The position numbers and the translations under genes are program-made. A stretch of DNA of 64,000 nucleotides from Tubiluchus corallicola (taxonomy: Eukaryota; Animalia; Priapulida), in contig JAQGDQ010000505.1 of assembly GCA_030141605.1 (NCBI GenBank), positions 62,001 to 126,000 of the forward strand, read 5' to 3'. This document shows, piece after piece, positions 51,601 to 63,589 of the stretch (position 1 is the stretch's first letter; the number at the start of each line of letters is the position of its first letter). A model generated the notes under the pieces. The model did not search any database. It saw only the letters and a list, made by a program, of their open reading frames with translations, and was not told the DNA's origin.

Positions 51601-54600
51601 TTTTAGAAGAACAGGAGTTTTGACCTTATCACAAGGAACATACAGAAAACATACGCTTACAGGTTAAATACATTGCCTATCGTTACCCAAAGCTAAATCA
51701 CATTTTACTGAATAAGATCAACTTTCTTGTTCTTCAAGTTTCAAGCAACTTTACTATGCATATATAACAGCATCAGAAAAATCCTATAAAAGTAGAGTAC
51801 TTGAAATTAACCAGTAATTTAATAATGTTGTAATGATATAGAAATCATTTACAGTTACGCTTAAATTGTGTTATAATTGTGGTTTAATGTCAAAATTGTA
51901 AGTGTAAGAGTCATAAATAGAAAATGTGCAACAGCTGTTAGTAAGCAACAAACAGCTATTGGTAAATTTTTGTTTATTACAAGCATTTCTATAGGACACA
52001 TGCCTGCCATATCTAGTGTCATTTAAACAGAATTATATTATATTATAAAACCATCCTAAAAAAAAACAGGGCATAAAGGACCGACAGGCAGTACACACTG
52101 CTAGACCATGGGCTTTTTAGCACCAGTTCCGTTAAAGCAATACATGGATGATGAATGTGGACAAGGGCATGGATGATGAATGTGAGCAAGGACATGGATG
52201 ATGAATGTGAGCAAGGACATGGATGATGAATGTGAGCAAGGGCATGAATGATGAATGTGAGCAAGGGTATGGATGATGAATGTGAGCAAGGGCATGGATG
52301 ATGAATGTGAGCAAAGACATGGATGATGAATGTGAGCAAGGGCATGGATGACGAATGTGAGCAAGGACATGGATGATGAATGTGGACAAGAGCATGGATG
52401 ATGAATGTGAGCAAGGACATGGATGATGAATGTGAGCAAGGGCATGGATGATGAATGTGAGCAAGGCCATGGATGATGAATGTGAGCAAGGGCATGGATG
52501 ATGAATGTGAGCAAGGGCATGGATGATGAATGTGAGCAAGGGCATGGATGATGAATGTGGACAAGAGCATGGATGATGAATGTGAGCAAGGACATGGATG
52601 ATGAATGTGAGCAAGGACATGGATGACGAATGTGAGCAAGGGCATGGATGATGAATGTGAGCAAGGACATGGATGATAAATGTGAGCAAGGGCATGGATG
52701 ATGAATGTGAGCAAGGACATGGATAAGGAATGTGAGCAAAGGCATGGCACAGATCTCAAAGCATTTCTATATAAAACACAATATACATGAATAAAACATT
52801 AAAACGGACTCAACATATTAACCTTGTTAGTTCAGTACTGCAGCACACTTCTGACCTAGCCGTTTTTCATTAAACACCTCAGGTAGTTACATGGGGGGAG
52901 GGGGGGGCATTATACAAAATCAGAAGCTACCAGCAGTGCCAAATTGTCAGTCTTTTCACCAGCATTAATTAGCAAATTGGGCTTACCTGTATTTGGAAAA
53001 ATATTTTTTTCAAAAAGAGGTGTCTTTTCCGCATTTCCTGGTGATTCCTGAAACACCTGCTCAGGGCTAGGAGGCACTAACCCAAACGTGTTGTCATTTC
53101 CTTTTGATGTTTTTGTCACGTAGTCAGACCGTCGTTCCAAATCTCGTCGAACATTCACTACAGTATGTTTAATGCTAGGAATGATTTCACCAGCAAGCCG
53201 ATCCCTATTTGAAAAAAGCTGAGTCAACAATAATAAGTCATTGTGATTATGCATTTTAAACCTTTTTTTTATATCAATATTAATTGCACGTAATTGTACT
53301 GTTTTAAACCTTTATACAACACCGGGATAACAACCAACTAAAGTAAACACAAATTCAAGATATTTATGTGACATTTTTCCCAATAACAGATTAGCTTTTC
53401 AAAGTCTAGGTAACAAGATTGGAATGCTGCACCATCACATCGCATAAGAATTTGCAATACATCTAGCATATTTTTGTTCAGCCCAATGCAGAGATGACAA
53501 GGGACAGGAAGGGTATGAAACATTGCCCAAGAAGCCTGCAATAGTGGTAGCTCTACTTCTGCAAAGGCAAATTATTGTTGTTCAGCACTAGTTTGCTTTC
53601 TTGACTTGATCACCAAACGAATGCTGACCAACCAGTTAAGGCTAAAGAGCTTCATCCATGCAGAATGCAGCCCTGTTGAGTGTCAAACCAGTTCTTTCAA
53701 AACTTAGATAGGATTCATGTTAGGCAACTTTCTGCAATAACCTGATTTACAAACATGAGCAAAAACTTCTAGTTACAATGATAACACATTTTATTTAATA
53801 ATTGCCCTCACTTGATACTATCATATAAAACGTTAGATAGTTTTATAATTAGCCAGCACAGAATCCAAAGCCTATTGAGGCCAGAGAATCCATTTTGTGA
53901 ATATGCTGTTTACAAGGTTATATAAGAACAGGCTAAAATCTTATTACATGAACAACAGTGAGAATGAGAACGGTTTCCTGGCGAAACGGATCTGTTTGTA
54001 GGATCACATCACAAGCATGTAGCTCAAAAACCTTTACCTTATTTCCAGCATATCAGTGATGTATCTGCGGTGAAGAGGAACTTGTTGCATAACCACATTA
54101 CTCACTTCCAAAAAATTAGGTAATGTACCTACAACAGTAAGTATTAATCACAATACCAATATAAGAATATAAAAGTACAATATAAGTACAATATAAAAGT
54201 ATAAAAAATAAACTAAAGTAAATAAATAAATTGATTGATTGAAAAGAATGAAAAACAATTCCACTTTCATACCTTCACATTTCATCTTCTCAACATAAAG
54301 CTTCAGTGCCAAATTGCATATGTGCAGAAGGCTTAGTGGGTTCAGCTTGCCGTGTTCATTTATGTTGGAAATATTTTTCTGTGATAAAACAAAGCAATAA
54401 AGCAATTAATGACTTTCAGAGGCATTTCAGGCGAATAAAGAATCTTTCAACAGCTGTATCTTGCAGTATACCATTAAAACTTATTCTGAACACTCCATTA
54501 AGACTGTCTGCATGCTCTAAAATTGTCTTTGTACAACATCTGTAGAAATCGCCAGACTTGCCATCTAGTATTATGCAAAACTAATATTTGTTTGTCATCT

Positions 54601-57600
54601 AGACAAACAAGATGAGGTTCCAAATATAACCAAAGTGATAGGAAATAAAATCACTGAATGACTAAGTATAAAGTGATCCTAAATTAGGCATAGAAAACAT
54701 TCATTTATTAAGAATAAGTTTCGTGCATTTAGGGTATGCTCCAAAGTTGCTTAGCATATGACAATAAACTCATGTAGCTTCAAATTCAACAAGAAATTTC
54801 CAAAATTTTCCATTCTAGTACACTACTTCTATAAAGTTCACCATTACCAGTAAAATAGTAATACTATTTGAAATTTTAATAGGCAACCGCTGTCACCATC
54901 ATTGTCAAATGGATTTATCTAAACAATAGTATCTTGATTACAGGGACACTCGTGTTATCATTGCACAGGGACACTAGCAGAATTAATGTATGTCAGACAG
55001 ATACTAATACACAGATCGCAAAATATCAATCAACCAGCGGGGGTCCACCTCGTGATGGCCAATTAAGTTGCCCTTTGTCTTCACTCCTCCTTCGCCTAAG
55101 TAACACAACAAAAGTGGCTCCCAAAACACAGGCAGAAAATGTACTGAGATATACTGCGACAGTTAAGGTCAAATGTGTATTATTATTATTATTAATTTTA
55201 TTTTCTCCAGCCATACAAGATTTCTGCAACTAAAATTTGTCTAGCAGAGGTACAGGGACATATTGGTGAAGCATTATGTTTGAGTAATAGTTGTGCAGAT
55301 GTATTATGCCTTGGAAAGGTTAGAAACAGTCAGATTTATCAGTTTCTCTAATACACTCAAAATACTCAAATAAATCTGCCGCTGAAAAAATCTCTTCCAG
55401 CTAGGTAGATAAAATGAGCTGGTAGATAACATGAGCTGAACCGTCAAGTTAATAAAAATGCGGTCTGTCCCAAGGTAATTAGTTTCTTCAGTTTTTTTTT
55501 AATTAAAGATTTTATAATGTTACAAGAGATTGCCGAACGCTACTATTGCATTAATGTTCATTAAGGTTGAACATTCAGTATTTGGCAGACCTCTTTAATT
55601 GTTATTCATAGTTTATCTAGCGTAACTAACTTATGTTGTTTAAACCCTTAATGCTTACATAAGTCTTTTAGACTGATCATTTATAATGTCTTGTATGATC
55701 TTATTACGTACAGGTTTTATACAGGATTGCTATACCAAATTTTCCTGGTACCAACTAAATTTTTCCAGTACTCAAATTTCCTAGCACCAAACCTGTTCCG
55801 TACGATTTTTACCTTGTACCAGATTTACTTGTACCAAAAATGCTTGACAAAGCTCCGCCAGTATTGTATTAAATTTTTCTACTAATACAACTTTTTCCCA
55901 TTTGCTACAATTTCGATATTCCAAAAATTCAAAGCAGCAAATTTTCCCAGTACCAAAATGTCCTCGTACCAAAATTTCTAGGACCAAATTTACTAGAAGC
56001 AAATTTTTCCATGTTTTTCGGTTTGTTTACATGCTGTAAACATTTACAGCAAGGGAGTTTGTGAGAACGTGTGTTACATCATCAAATTGGGCGGGGTAAA
56101 TGCGGCTTGCAATCTACATATTACTAAGCATTAAGAAAACTTTGTTTGTTTTGTAAAGGAACCTACCTGGCGTATCTCCTCTTTAAGTTGTTGCAACAAT
56201 ACCTTTGGAACTTTGGCAGTTACGTTCGTTCCATCAAGCATGTATTTGTTTTCATTGCCAGACAAAATGCTCTCAATAACTTCTTTATTGTTACGGATGT
56301 GTTCACAAGCATTCTCAATTTGCTTCCAGTGTGCAGATATCTAAAAAGTAGACAAGAATTTAGGAAATCACAATTCTGTTCAAAAATGTTTTAAATAATG
56401 TGTTAATTAAATAAAAACAGGCAAAATATATTTAACGAAACACTTTGTTAAGTGATAGATTGCTTTTTAGCCTACTAATATTTTTGACAGCCTATCATAT
56501 ATTTTTGCTGCACTGTGTACAATAATGTTATATGATATATTACGCAAAGTCTTGATGCCATGAGATCTTCGACTAATGCACATGTAAATACTACAATGGG
56601 GCTAAATTTAAAAAAAGCAGGGCTGAAGACAATAATGATTATTACAAACATTAAATGCAGAATTACTTTATAAAATCTGGCATTTATTTAGCTACAACAT
56701 TCACAGATAAGACACGCTTGAGTCAACTTCAAGTGTAATATTTGCAATTTAAAATATATATGCATTAATTTGGTTTACTTGTAAATACTAATTATAGCTA
56801 ATGAAGATTACTAACTACAGAAACAGTAAATTAATACACATATAACCTAAATTTCAGATATCACAGATAAAGAAAAACTCAGGTAGAGTTCAAACATATC
56901 AAGTGTTTTAACAAGAATTGGAGAATTATCAGAAGATAGCTTCTGCTTTGAGGATATCTTTGTATATTTGACAAAGTATTAAACAAACAAGTGGTTAAGT
57001 ACAATGTAGTGTAGATGCCAGAGAGATGGCAAAACACTCAAGTGGTTAAAAAATGCATTTTATTTGCATATATTAAATTACAAACTGTTGATAACTACGT
57101 ATTAGTCAAGGACACAAAAGTCAAATTTTAAGGAAATGGAGAATGACGGGATACATTTGCCAAATTTTCAGGAATTATATGATTTCATGAAGCATAAGGC
57201 ACTGAAAACAAGTTGTTATAAACTCTACCTTGCTGACGGCATCTTCTCGTTTAGAGAGCTGTTCTGAAACGACAGTCTCATAAACAGCAGTGTAATCTGA
57301 CCTTTTCCCCGAACTGCAAAACAAGATTCAAATAATAGAAAAAATAACACGAGGGAGAACAATTCAGTAACTATGATTATTGACTGCTTTGATCAGTGGA
57401 CCAGTTTCTTCCGAAGTGAGCATTGCCATATATAGACAATAATTAATAATAATAATTTATTAGCCTCAATTCGTAAAAATGCTTTAGGGCTTTACAATTA
57501 ATAATTGATAAAAGAGAGAGTAAAAATACATCATGAGTGGACTTAAAATTATACATTACAATAAAACTAGTCGCACAGACAAATAATGCATACAATACGA

Positions 57601-60600
57601 TTATACAAATAAAATTTAAGATATAATGTAAATCCAATTAAATTAATTTTATTATATAATTAAAGGTTAAAAGCTTCTTGGAATAAAAAATTTGAGGCTT
57701 CATTTAAAAACAGATGCTGACTCCGACTGCCATATGTGAATTGGTGTTTATTCCACATTAGGGGAGCAGAATAATGAGAATGACCGTCTAGAACGAGTGA
57801 CTAGTTTTGCTTTATTTGCGCTGGATCAAGTTCATTGAATTTACTAAATGCAATTACCAATACCACATAAATTACTCAACGGACAATGCTATTCAGACCT
57901 GTTACTTTTGGGCTTTGGTGGTACAACATACAATACAACTGTGCTCTGTGATACACAACATTATATAACATATAATGTGTCTTCTGGTTGATTATTTAGG
58001 TATGCTAGGTTATGTTCAAGTAAGGAGGGGTTTTTGGGTAGGGCAGCCAGGTGATATAAAATTATGTCAAACGTGGGAGTCTTCTTCTATCTCGTGAAAA
58101 TGTTTTTATAAGTCACAGTCTTTTTTTATTTAAGTATGGTTGGTTTTGGTTGGTTCAGTTAAGCAAGTGGCTGTTGCCTTGACATAATTTTGGTGACGGT
58201 ATACTTGTCTAGCCTTTTGTAACTTTGTGCTCATGTTGTAGGAGCAGCTTACGTTGATGTTCTCTATGTGTGTGCTTGGCATAAGTGTTATGTTTGTAGT
58301 TATCACTTTAACATCTAAGGTTGGCCAGTCAGTGTGACTGGGTCCCACCGATAGAGTTTGACGACAGTGAGTAGGGACCGAAGTCTGAATCTTTCCCGGT
58401 GCCTCACCTGATGACACTACCTTTGGTGATAATTTTGTATGTGTATGCAATTGTAGATTCTATGATTTGTAGTTGATTGTGTGTGGTGTTGTTGTTGTCA
58501 TTTGAGTTTAAAAACTCACCTTGTCTAATGGTTTTTTAATGATATACTGTGATCTACAAGTACAAAAACTACTACTAAGGTTGTAAAATGGTTAATGACA
58601 CAACGATGATATAAAAAACTTACCCAGTTTGTGACGTTGGGATGTCAACTGCATCCAAGGCTGCTTTGAGATTTTCTTCAGCTTCCAACACAGCAGCTTT
58701 GTTAACTTTTAATTCAGCAGCTTGTTCTCTAGAATTTAGGCAGGTTCTTAACAACTCAGGTTATTTATTTAAAATAGTATAGTCTTTCTAGTACAATAAT
58801 CTATACTAGAATGCAACATATTATGTGTTTTCAATGCGTAACTGTCATATCAAATATGACATATGGTGGGACAGAAAAATTTACATCTTTTTTTAACTTT
58901 GTAAACAATTCAAACAATGACAAGGTCAGCTAATTTCTGACACTTAGGACTGAGTAAATGATAGTAACAAGTGACATTTTGGCATGCAATTCATTCCTTG
59001 TGAAGAACCACGACAAGTCTGCATGTAAAATAAAAGGTGAATTGCTAGAAGCATCAAACTGACCTGAAAGCAAGCTTGAATAGATTAGGCAATTAGAAAA
59101 ATGGATATGCACAAAGACACAGTGGCTGTGTTTAAGTGCCTCCAGGGCTCTGTTCCCGTTGGAAAGCTCAGGAATTAATGCTATCTTCATCATCTATTGA
59201 ACTGTGATTGGACTCTTATTAAATACATAAATGTACAGAATGACTTATTTCAGCTGACATTTTGTAAAAAGATTAAATTGTGTCACAAACCTTATAAAAT
59301 CCTTCCAATTTTCGTGCAAAATTGTCAGATGTTGTCGATTTTCTAAATATTCTGACATGTGGAGACATGCTGCTGTCTGGAGAGTAGTCGTCATGGGTCC
59401 CAATATGCCAATGTTTAGGCTGTTTAGGACAGGGTGCCTGATAGGAGGTTTCTTTAAAACTATGATAACAAAGTAGATACATGAATTTTTTATTTAATTA
59501 TACAACCTGCTATCACTTTCTTATAAAAAGTGAGACTTATAAAAAATTGATAAAGCAAAAAAAATTGATACCAGTTCCATTGTAAAAACACTGATAGTCT
59601 ATTTGTGCCGTTGCATAACATAAAATAAATGCAAATACAATCTGCAGCGACTAACAACCTGTCAAAACTATATTACAAATGCAGGTAATTGTTATAACAC
59701 TAATGCAAGGTCAGATGGTCTGTAATACTGAGAACTTATAAAAAACCAATTCTATCACAAAAATACGTAGCAATTAATAATTATAAAATGCAAAAACACT
59801 TACCTTTACTTTCCAGCTTGACCTAAATAACACAGTTCTAAATTGTCAGGAATTGTATAATTGATACTGTCAGTAGAAACTACAGTTAGAAATGCCTCTT
59901 ACTTTTCTTTTTCTTCATTATTTTTAACAGCACAAATGTCGTAAAAGCCAGCAAAAAATCGTAGATTTTCCAGCCATGCGGAGACATCAACAAAGAAGAA
60001 CTGACTTTTGGAAAGTTGGCATCACTTTCATTCTAAATGAACAAGACAAAAAAATAATATAGCCAGGTTGCTTGTTTCAGGCAAAAGGCAACTGTTTCCA
60101 TTAAGAATTGTCAAAGCAGTAAAATGAACTTGTAGTAGCTATGTTAACAAGTTGTACTTAGCTTATAACAAAATCAACAAAAAACGGATAATTTTTATCA
60201 CGTTTATGTAAACTGTTACCTCTATAATCTCGGTGAGCCAACTGTACACTGCTTTCCGAAATTCCTGTTCTTGTTTCTTATCAGTGGATGGCCAGCAAAT
60301 TCTAAACAATGTTAACAATACTCTGGTAAAACTGCTTAAAATAGACTTTGATGTTGCTGCACTAATTATGGCAAAATATTGTAATATTTAGTGTTTCCAT
60401 CAGGTACCCGAGTACTCACCCACCTGAGCAATTATTACCAGAGCCTGATATTCCAACACAGTTTATAAGTGAAAATGCAGACAATATTATTAATAGGATA
60501 TCTATAGCTTAACAATTCATTTAAAATTGAAATGCCACTTACTGCGACACACTTGTACTGTACAACAGCTACATACTAGCAAACTATTAACAGCTGAGCT

Positions 60601-63072
60601 GGAATACTGCCTACCTGCACTCAATTTGAAATACTGTATATTAGAGTATTTCAGCATTAGCAAGTCAGCAGCGATTATATCTTTTTCTTTATCAATTGCA
60701 AGCGCATAGCAGATCAAACCAATTTTGCTGATGTGGTGACCTAGGAAACTTTCCGAAAACAAACTGTAATTTTTTACGAAAAGGCTAATTATCCAAATGA
60801 AATGGTTTATTAACATTTAAAGAGCTTTCAGGCCACTAACAATGATACCAACAAACAGATTAAGTTTAACGAGACACAAAAACCACAATAAATTCTTATA
60901 ACCCTTACACTGTAACTGATTCATTGATAAAGTGTGTAATACAAGTAATTAAGAAGTCTGGAAAAGAAGGCAGTGCAGTGGCAAAACACTAACTTTTGTG
61001 ACTCATAGCTCTTGTGAAGTGCACCATTGGTTGTTTTTATTTGCAAATATAAATGATTACAATTTATTCGCTACCACTGAATCTTAACAACTGGGTACCC
61101 GGGTACCCGAAGGGTATGAGAACAACGGTACCAGAGTCTGATTTATTGCTACCCATGTAAACACTAGTAATATTGCAATGACTGACATTAGAAAGGCATT
61201 CATAAAACAGGGTTGAAAAGACTCATAGCATAAAATCACATATATTTTTAATATTGATAATAAAAAAGTTGCAAATTAGCTAATTCAAAATTTTATATCA
61301 ACTGATTTCTATTTGAAGTGCTCTGTCTTGCAATTCTTAAACAAACGGACAACATTTTTCCATTCTAAGTTCAGCTCAATTACATTTGTTTCTGTCAAAA
61401 TAATGAATAATCTTCTCTGCTACAAATGTGTGACATGAAAACTTTTTAAACTGTGTAAATTTTTACATTTGGCTTCAATCAAAGCATTACTTTGTAACAG
61501 CAACTTTTTGACATTTTTGGATGATAGGTACAACAGATATATTTAAAAGTTTAAGCTGTTTTTCAAAAAGAACAATGTGATGTTTTACTGTGACTATATA
61601 TAATTCTTAATACGATATAGAAATTATATTTACCTAAATTCATCTGCTGCTTTTTCTGGATCTAATTTGGTAAAAATAAAATGCATCACAACGTCAAAAG
61701 CCTTCTTGTTAGGAACAGAAAACATCCCACTGCAACAGTAATGACCTTTTGATTTTTGTTTATTACTGGTATGTTGTTTGCATCATAAGGCACCAGAAAA
61801 GCGAAATTTTCAATTTGCTGGGTCACAGTAGTAGCTAGCCATTTCACGAGATTATATGCAAAAACATAATTAGCCTACTTTACACTATTATAATAAACTT
61901 TCAACTGCTTTGGTTGCTAGCAGCAAGCCCGCACTTACAGCTCTGTTTGTTACATATCTTACAGCACCCTCTACAGTTGCAGATTGTATTACTTCAGAAA
62001 TTTCACATCATTTTTATCAGCGGACAGACAAACAAGTGTTAAATAACAAAAATAACACAGATTATCACGATACGGATGCACTTTGATGATATGCATATCG
62101 TAATAAAAGATATCATGATGCATTGATGTATCATGATATCATATGCATTGATGTATCATGATATCATATGCATTGATGTTACTTACAAACTTACGATTAC
62201 ATATATACTGAAAACTAGCTCATAACTAGTTTGGTTTAAAGTTAGGATTTTTAATGATATGTCTGCGTGCATAGCAAAAATGCCTATAAGTCGGCAATTA
62301 AACTTTTCTAGTTATTCACATATCTTGAATTTCCATTTCATGAGGATCATTTTGATACTAAGCTCATCACTCTATGTTATTTCTAAGCTGAAATAATCCA
62401 CGTTGAAGGCGAGGTGCAGGCTATGCACTGAAAAACACAATCTTGAGAAAAATTGGTGTTAAAGTGAGCCATTGTTTTTCGCCGCGTCTCTACAAAACAC
62501 TTAGCAACCGTACGAAAGTGTGGTTGCTAAGAACTTTGCAAGAGCACATTTAAGTAGTTTAAATCCAGTAGATGACTCACCCTGATGAAGATTTGGGCTT
62601 ATCAACGGAAAAAAACCAAAGCAAAATGAGTGCTTCCACGAGCTACTATCGTAGTTTGAAAATACAAGTTTTTTGCAATTACAGTTACACACAGAGAAAT
62701 AGGCACAGGGTTATAAAATTGAATTTTTAGTATATTTTTGACATTTTCTTGATAATTTGATGCTAGAATATAAAAGCACAATATATTTAGCATTTGTTTT
62801 TATAAAAAACAAAAAATTAACATTAGACCAAAATTTTGGTGCATTCTACTTTGAAATATCATAATGTAGTTTTAACTATGCCGACTTATGGATGGTTTTG
62901 GTTTGGAAGCACACATATATTGTTGTAGTTTATCAGATTATTAAAGTTACCTATGAAATGCTGTCCGATGCACAGCTTGAGCTTCAGTAGGTTGGAATCC
63001 CAGCAGCAGTAGATTTGTGAAAAATGCTTGCTCTGCACTGTCTGACTGTGGAACTGGCACAGTACTGGTCAT
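36533..63072 (-). CDS. HAUS6: HAUS augmin-like complex subunit 6 (HAUS6/Dgt6), spliced gene with ~21 coding exons, ~1074 aa
   Basis: The joined N-terminal exons read AFFTNLLLLGF..GMFSVPNKKAFDVVMHFIFTKLD..EFRICWPSTDKKQEQEFRKAVYSWLTEI..FPKVSSSLLMSPHGWKIYDFLLAFTTFV and later YMLDGTNVTAKVPK..NEHGKLNPLSLL. These parallel the HAUS6 N-terminal domain (CWP.D.K...EFRK; FP.V..SL..SP.G; LDGTNV; GKLN). All junctions are GT-AG with consistent phases; total 3225 nt. The C-terminal exons are less certain. Confidence 0.9.
37330..37878. mobile_element. Non-autonomous hAT-type MITE
   Basis: TIRs CAGTGGTGGCTC / GAGCCGCCACTA; 8-bp TSD AATCATGC/AATCATAC (1 mismatch). Confidence 0.8.
39705..39770 (-). CDS. HAUS6: HAUS6 exon 20 (ESEGHSDLFEKLFDTSVGDLL)
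   Basis: 66 nt, TTTTCAG| acceptor and G|GTATGA donor, phase 1-1. Confidence 0.7.
40907..41174 (-). CDS. HAUS6: HAUS6 exon 19 (TATMKDTSP...GLFDKTSE)
   Basis: 268 nt, phase 0-1, internally repetitive. Confidence 0.8.
41927..42039 (-). CDS. HAUS6: HAUS6 exon 18 (MPVDAADMIHFGEEFQDLVERYKLIKLQASQIARSSQ)
   Basis: 113 nt, phase 1-0. Confidence 0.82.
43212..43850 (-). CDS. HAUS6: HAUS6 exon 17 (large Ser/Pro-rich exon)
   Basis: 639 nt inside the 221-aa ORF; TTGTAG| acceptor and G|GTAGCG donor, phase 1-1. Confidence 0.85.
44233..44337 (-). CDS. HAUS6: HAUS6 exon 16 (LDPFAKREKLAYSPEAVP...)
   Basis: Phase 1-1; an alternative in-phase donor lies at 44242. Confidence 0.8.
44760..45290 (-). mobile_element. 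RTE-clade LINE 3' fragment
   Basis: Minus-strand RLFNTYVTSMFMYNSETWG and RRLRWLGHLLRLPSEVP match the RTE ORF C-terminal motifs (LLYGSETW; RLRWLGH..R). Confidence 0.8.
45860..46570. repeat. Old, diverged ~240-260-bp tandem array (about 3 units)
   Basis: Units start near 45866, 46122 and 46357 (TCACCCA.CATCTA.CAT...CTTTATA...CAATTG); CCTGGATC(C)TCCCT recurs. Confidence 0.55.
47365..47482 (-). CDS. HAUS6: HAUS6 exon 15 (VASAVTGESG...EDPLGAL)
   Basis: 118 nt, phase 0-1. Confidence 0.85.
47645..48263. mobile_element. Tigger/pogo-like non-autonomous DNA transposon
   Basis: TIRs CAGTAGGCACTGCTTAAAAGACTCA / TGAGTCTTAAAGCGGCACCTACTG; subterminal TTAAT(A/T)GACTCAA repeats; TA TSD not preserved. Confidence 0.7.
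49258..49494 (-). CDS. HAUS6: HAUS6 exon 14 (VSPRIKKPACSP...QENLLNE)
   Basis: 237 nt, phase 0-0. Confidence 0.85.
50300..50943 (+). mobile_element. Dispersed repeat family copy 2
   Basis: GCATAGCAAAA...TGAATTTCCATTTC(G/A)TGAGGATCATTTTGATAC...CTTCCACGAGCTACTAT...CTATGCCG is shared with 62210-62925. Confidence 0.75.
51000..51096 (-). CDS. HAUS6: HAUS6 exon 13 (SPAISVPYARITASGNDKRPTRRQFVNSKSKL)
   Basis: 97 nt, phase 2-0. Confidence 0.8.
51320..51410 (-). CDS. HAUS6: HAUS6 exon 12 (STPDEATDLINSLVQKRKTRKTEKIRKRV)
   Basis: 91 nt, phase 1-2. Confidence 0.8.
52143..52746. repeat. 25-bp minisatellite, about 24 copies
   Basis: Unit CATGGATGATGAATGTGAGCAAGG(G/A), in the HAUS6 intron between exons 11 and 12. 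Confidence 0.97.
52987..53204 (-). CDS. HAUS6: HAUS6 exon 11 (DRLAGEIIPSIK...FGLVPPSP...NIFPNT)
   Basis: 218 nt, phase 2-1. Confidence 0.88.
54038..54128 (-). CDS. HAUS6: HAUS6 exon 10 (TLPNFLEVSNVVMQQVPLHRRYITDMLEI)
   Basis: 91 nt, phase 1-2. Confidence 0.85.
54273..54378 (-). CDS. HAUS6: HAUS6 exon 9 (KNISNINEHGKLNPLSLLHICNLALKLYVEKMKCE)
   Basis: 106 nt, phase 0-1. Confidence 0.92.
55730..56015. repeat. Diverged ~15-bp TACCAAATTTTCC-type repeat array (MITE-like)
   Basis: Recurring (G)TACCAAA(A)TTT motifs. Confidence 0.6.
56167..56340 (-). CDS. HAUS6: HAUS6 exon 8 (ISAHWKQIE...YMLDGTNVTAKVPKVLLQQLKEEIRQ)
   Basis: 174 nt, phase 0-0; LDGTNV motif. Confidence 0.92.
57229..57313 (-). CDS. 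HAUS6: HAUS6 exon 7 (SGKRSDYTAVYETVVSEQLSKREDAVSK)
   Basis: 85 nt, phase 2-0. Confidence 0.85.
57440..57830 (-). mobile_element. L2-like LINE 3' fragment
   Basis: Minus-strand tail TGTAAAGCCCTAAAGCATTTTTACGAATTGAGGCTAATAAAT(TAT)n resembles L2 3' ends; an SAPLMWN-like motif lies upstream. Confidence 0.5.
58624..58728 (-). CDS. HAUS6: HAUS6 exon 6 (EQAAELKVNKAAVLEAEENLKAALDAVDIPTSQT)
   Basis: 105 nt, phase 2-2, coiled-coil-like. Confidence 0.85.
59291..59459 (-). CDS. HAUS6: HAUS6 exon 5 (LKKPPIRHP...LHENWKDFI)
   Basis: 169 nt, phase 1-2; read in a different frame from the ORF-track call at 59273. Confidence 0.85.
59903..60032 (-). CDS. HAUS6: HAUS6 exon 4 (NESDANFPKVSSSLLMSPHGWKIYDFLLAFTTFVLLKIMKKKK)
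   Basis: 130 nt, phase 0-1. Confidence 0.93.
60220..60301 (-). CDS. HAUS6: HAUS6 exon 3 (ICWPSTDKKQEQEFRKAVYSWLTEIIE)
   Basis: 82 nt, phase 2-0. Confidence 0.93.
60389..61166. mobile_element. Non-autonomous hAT-type DNA transposon
   Basis: TIRs TAGTGTTTCCATCAGGTAC / GCTACCCATGTAAACACTA; perfect 8-bp TSD GTAATATT (60381-60388 and 61167-61174); GGTACCC subterminal motifs. Confidence 0.88.
61634..61729 (-). CDS. HAUS6: HAUS6 exon 2 (GMFSVPNKKAFDVVMHFIFTKLDPEKAADEF)
   Basis: 96 nt, phase 2-2. Confidence 0.93.
62210..62925 (+). mobile_element. Dispersed repeat family copy 3
   Basis: Homologous to 50300-50943 (same strand) and 15376-16050 (inverted). Confidence 0.75.
62951..63072 (-). CDS. HAUS6: HAUS6 coding exon 1 (MTSTVPVPQSDSAEQAFFTNLLLLGFQP...)
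   Basis: ATG at 63072; AG|GTAAC donor. An upstream TTTTAG acceptor at ~63090 implies a non-coding 5' exon. Confidence 0.9.
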
Positions 63073-63589
63073 GCTAATCAGATAAAAATCTAAAACTAAT
63101 GCACACCAAATGTGAAAATTTAGAGCTTACTTTTAGTACATAATCATCTATAATTCTGAAATTATAAGCTTTTTCACTGTTTTACATACAACTACACTTT
63201 ACATGCATTGGCATTGTAATAACAGATTTGTACTTAGCATAAGAACTTAGGTAAATAAATTCCTTCTCCTACAATTTCAGCAATTTCTTTACATTTAATG
63301 CAATCTACCCCTAATCTTTGTCAACAATTACTTCAGTGGTGGAAATTTATTATAATATAAGAATGCTTTGTCATCTATATGTTCGTCATTATCTAGCAAG
63401 GCAATATGTACAATGCTCTATAATGAACATGACGCAGGGACAATAAACAATAAGAAAAATTATAACATAAATCCAACTTATAAATCGTGCTGCAGTCAAG
63501 GAACTAAGCAACATATAACTTACATCTCGGTTCTAAGGGAAAATTATAAAATACAGACTAAACCAAAACACAACTTGCTAGTTCGGCAT

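Noticed and set aside
52043-52759. Three overlapping long His/Cys-rich ORFs as genes
   Set aside because: They are an artefact of a stop-free 25-bp minisatellite inside an intron; the flanking HAUS6 exons join in phase without it.
59273-59482. ORF-track translation as the HAUS6 exon peptide
   Set aside because: Splice phases require a different frame (LKKPPIRHP...), which also fits the helical HAUS6 region better.
36646-62950. Intronic sno/scaRNA in HAUS6 (human HAUS6 hosts SCARNA8)
   Set aside because: I saw no convincing C/D or H/ACA arrangement or sequence match by eye; an Rfam cmscan would be needed.
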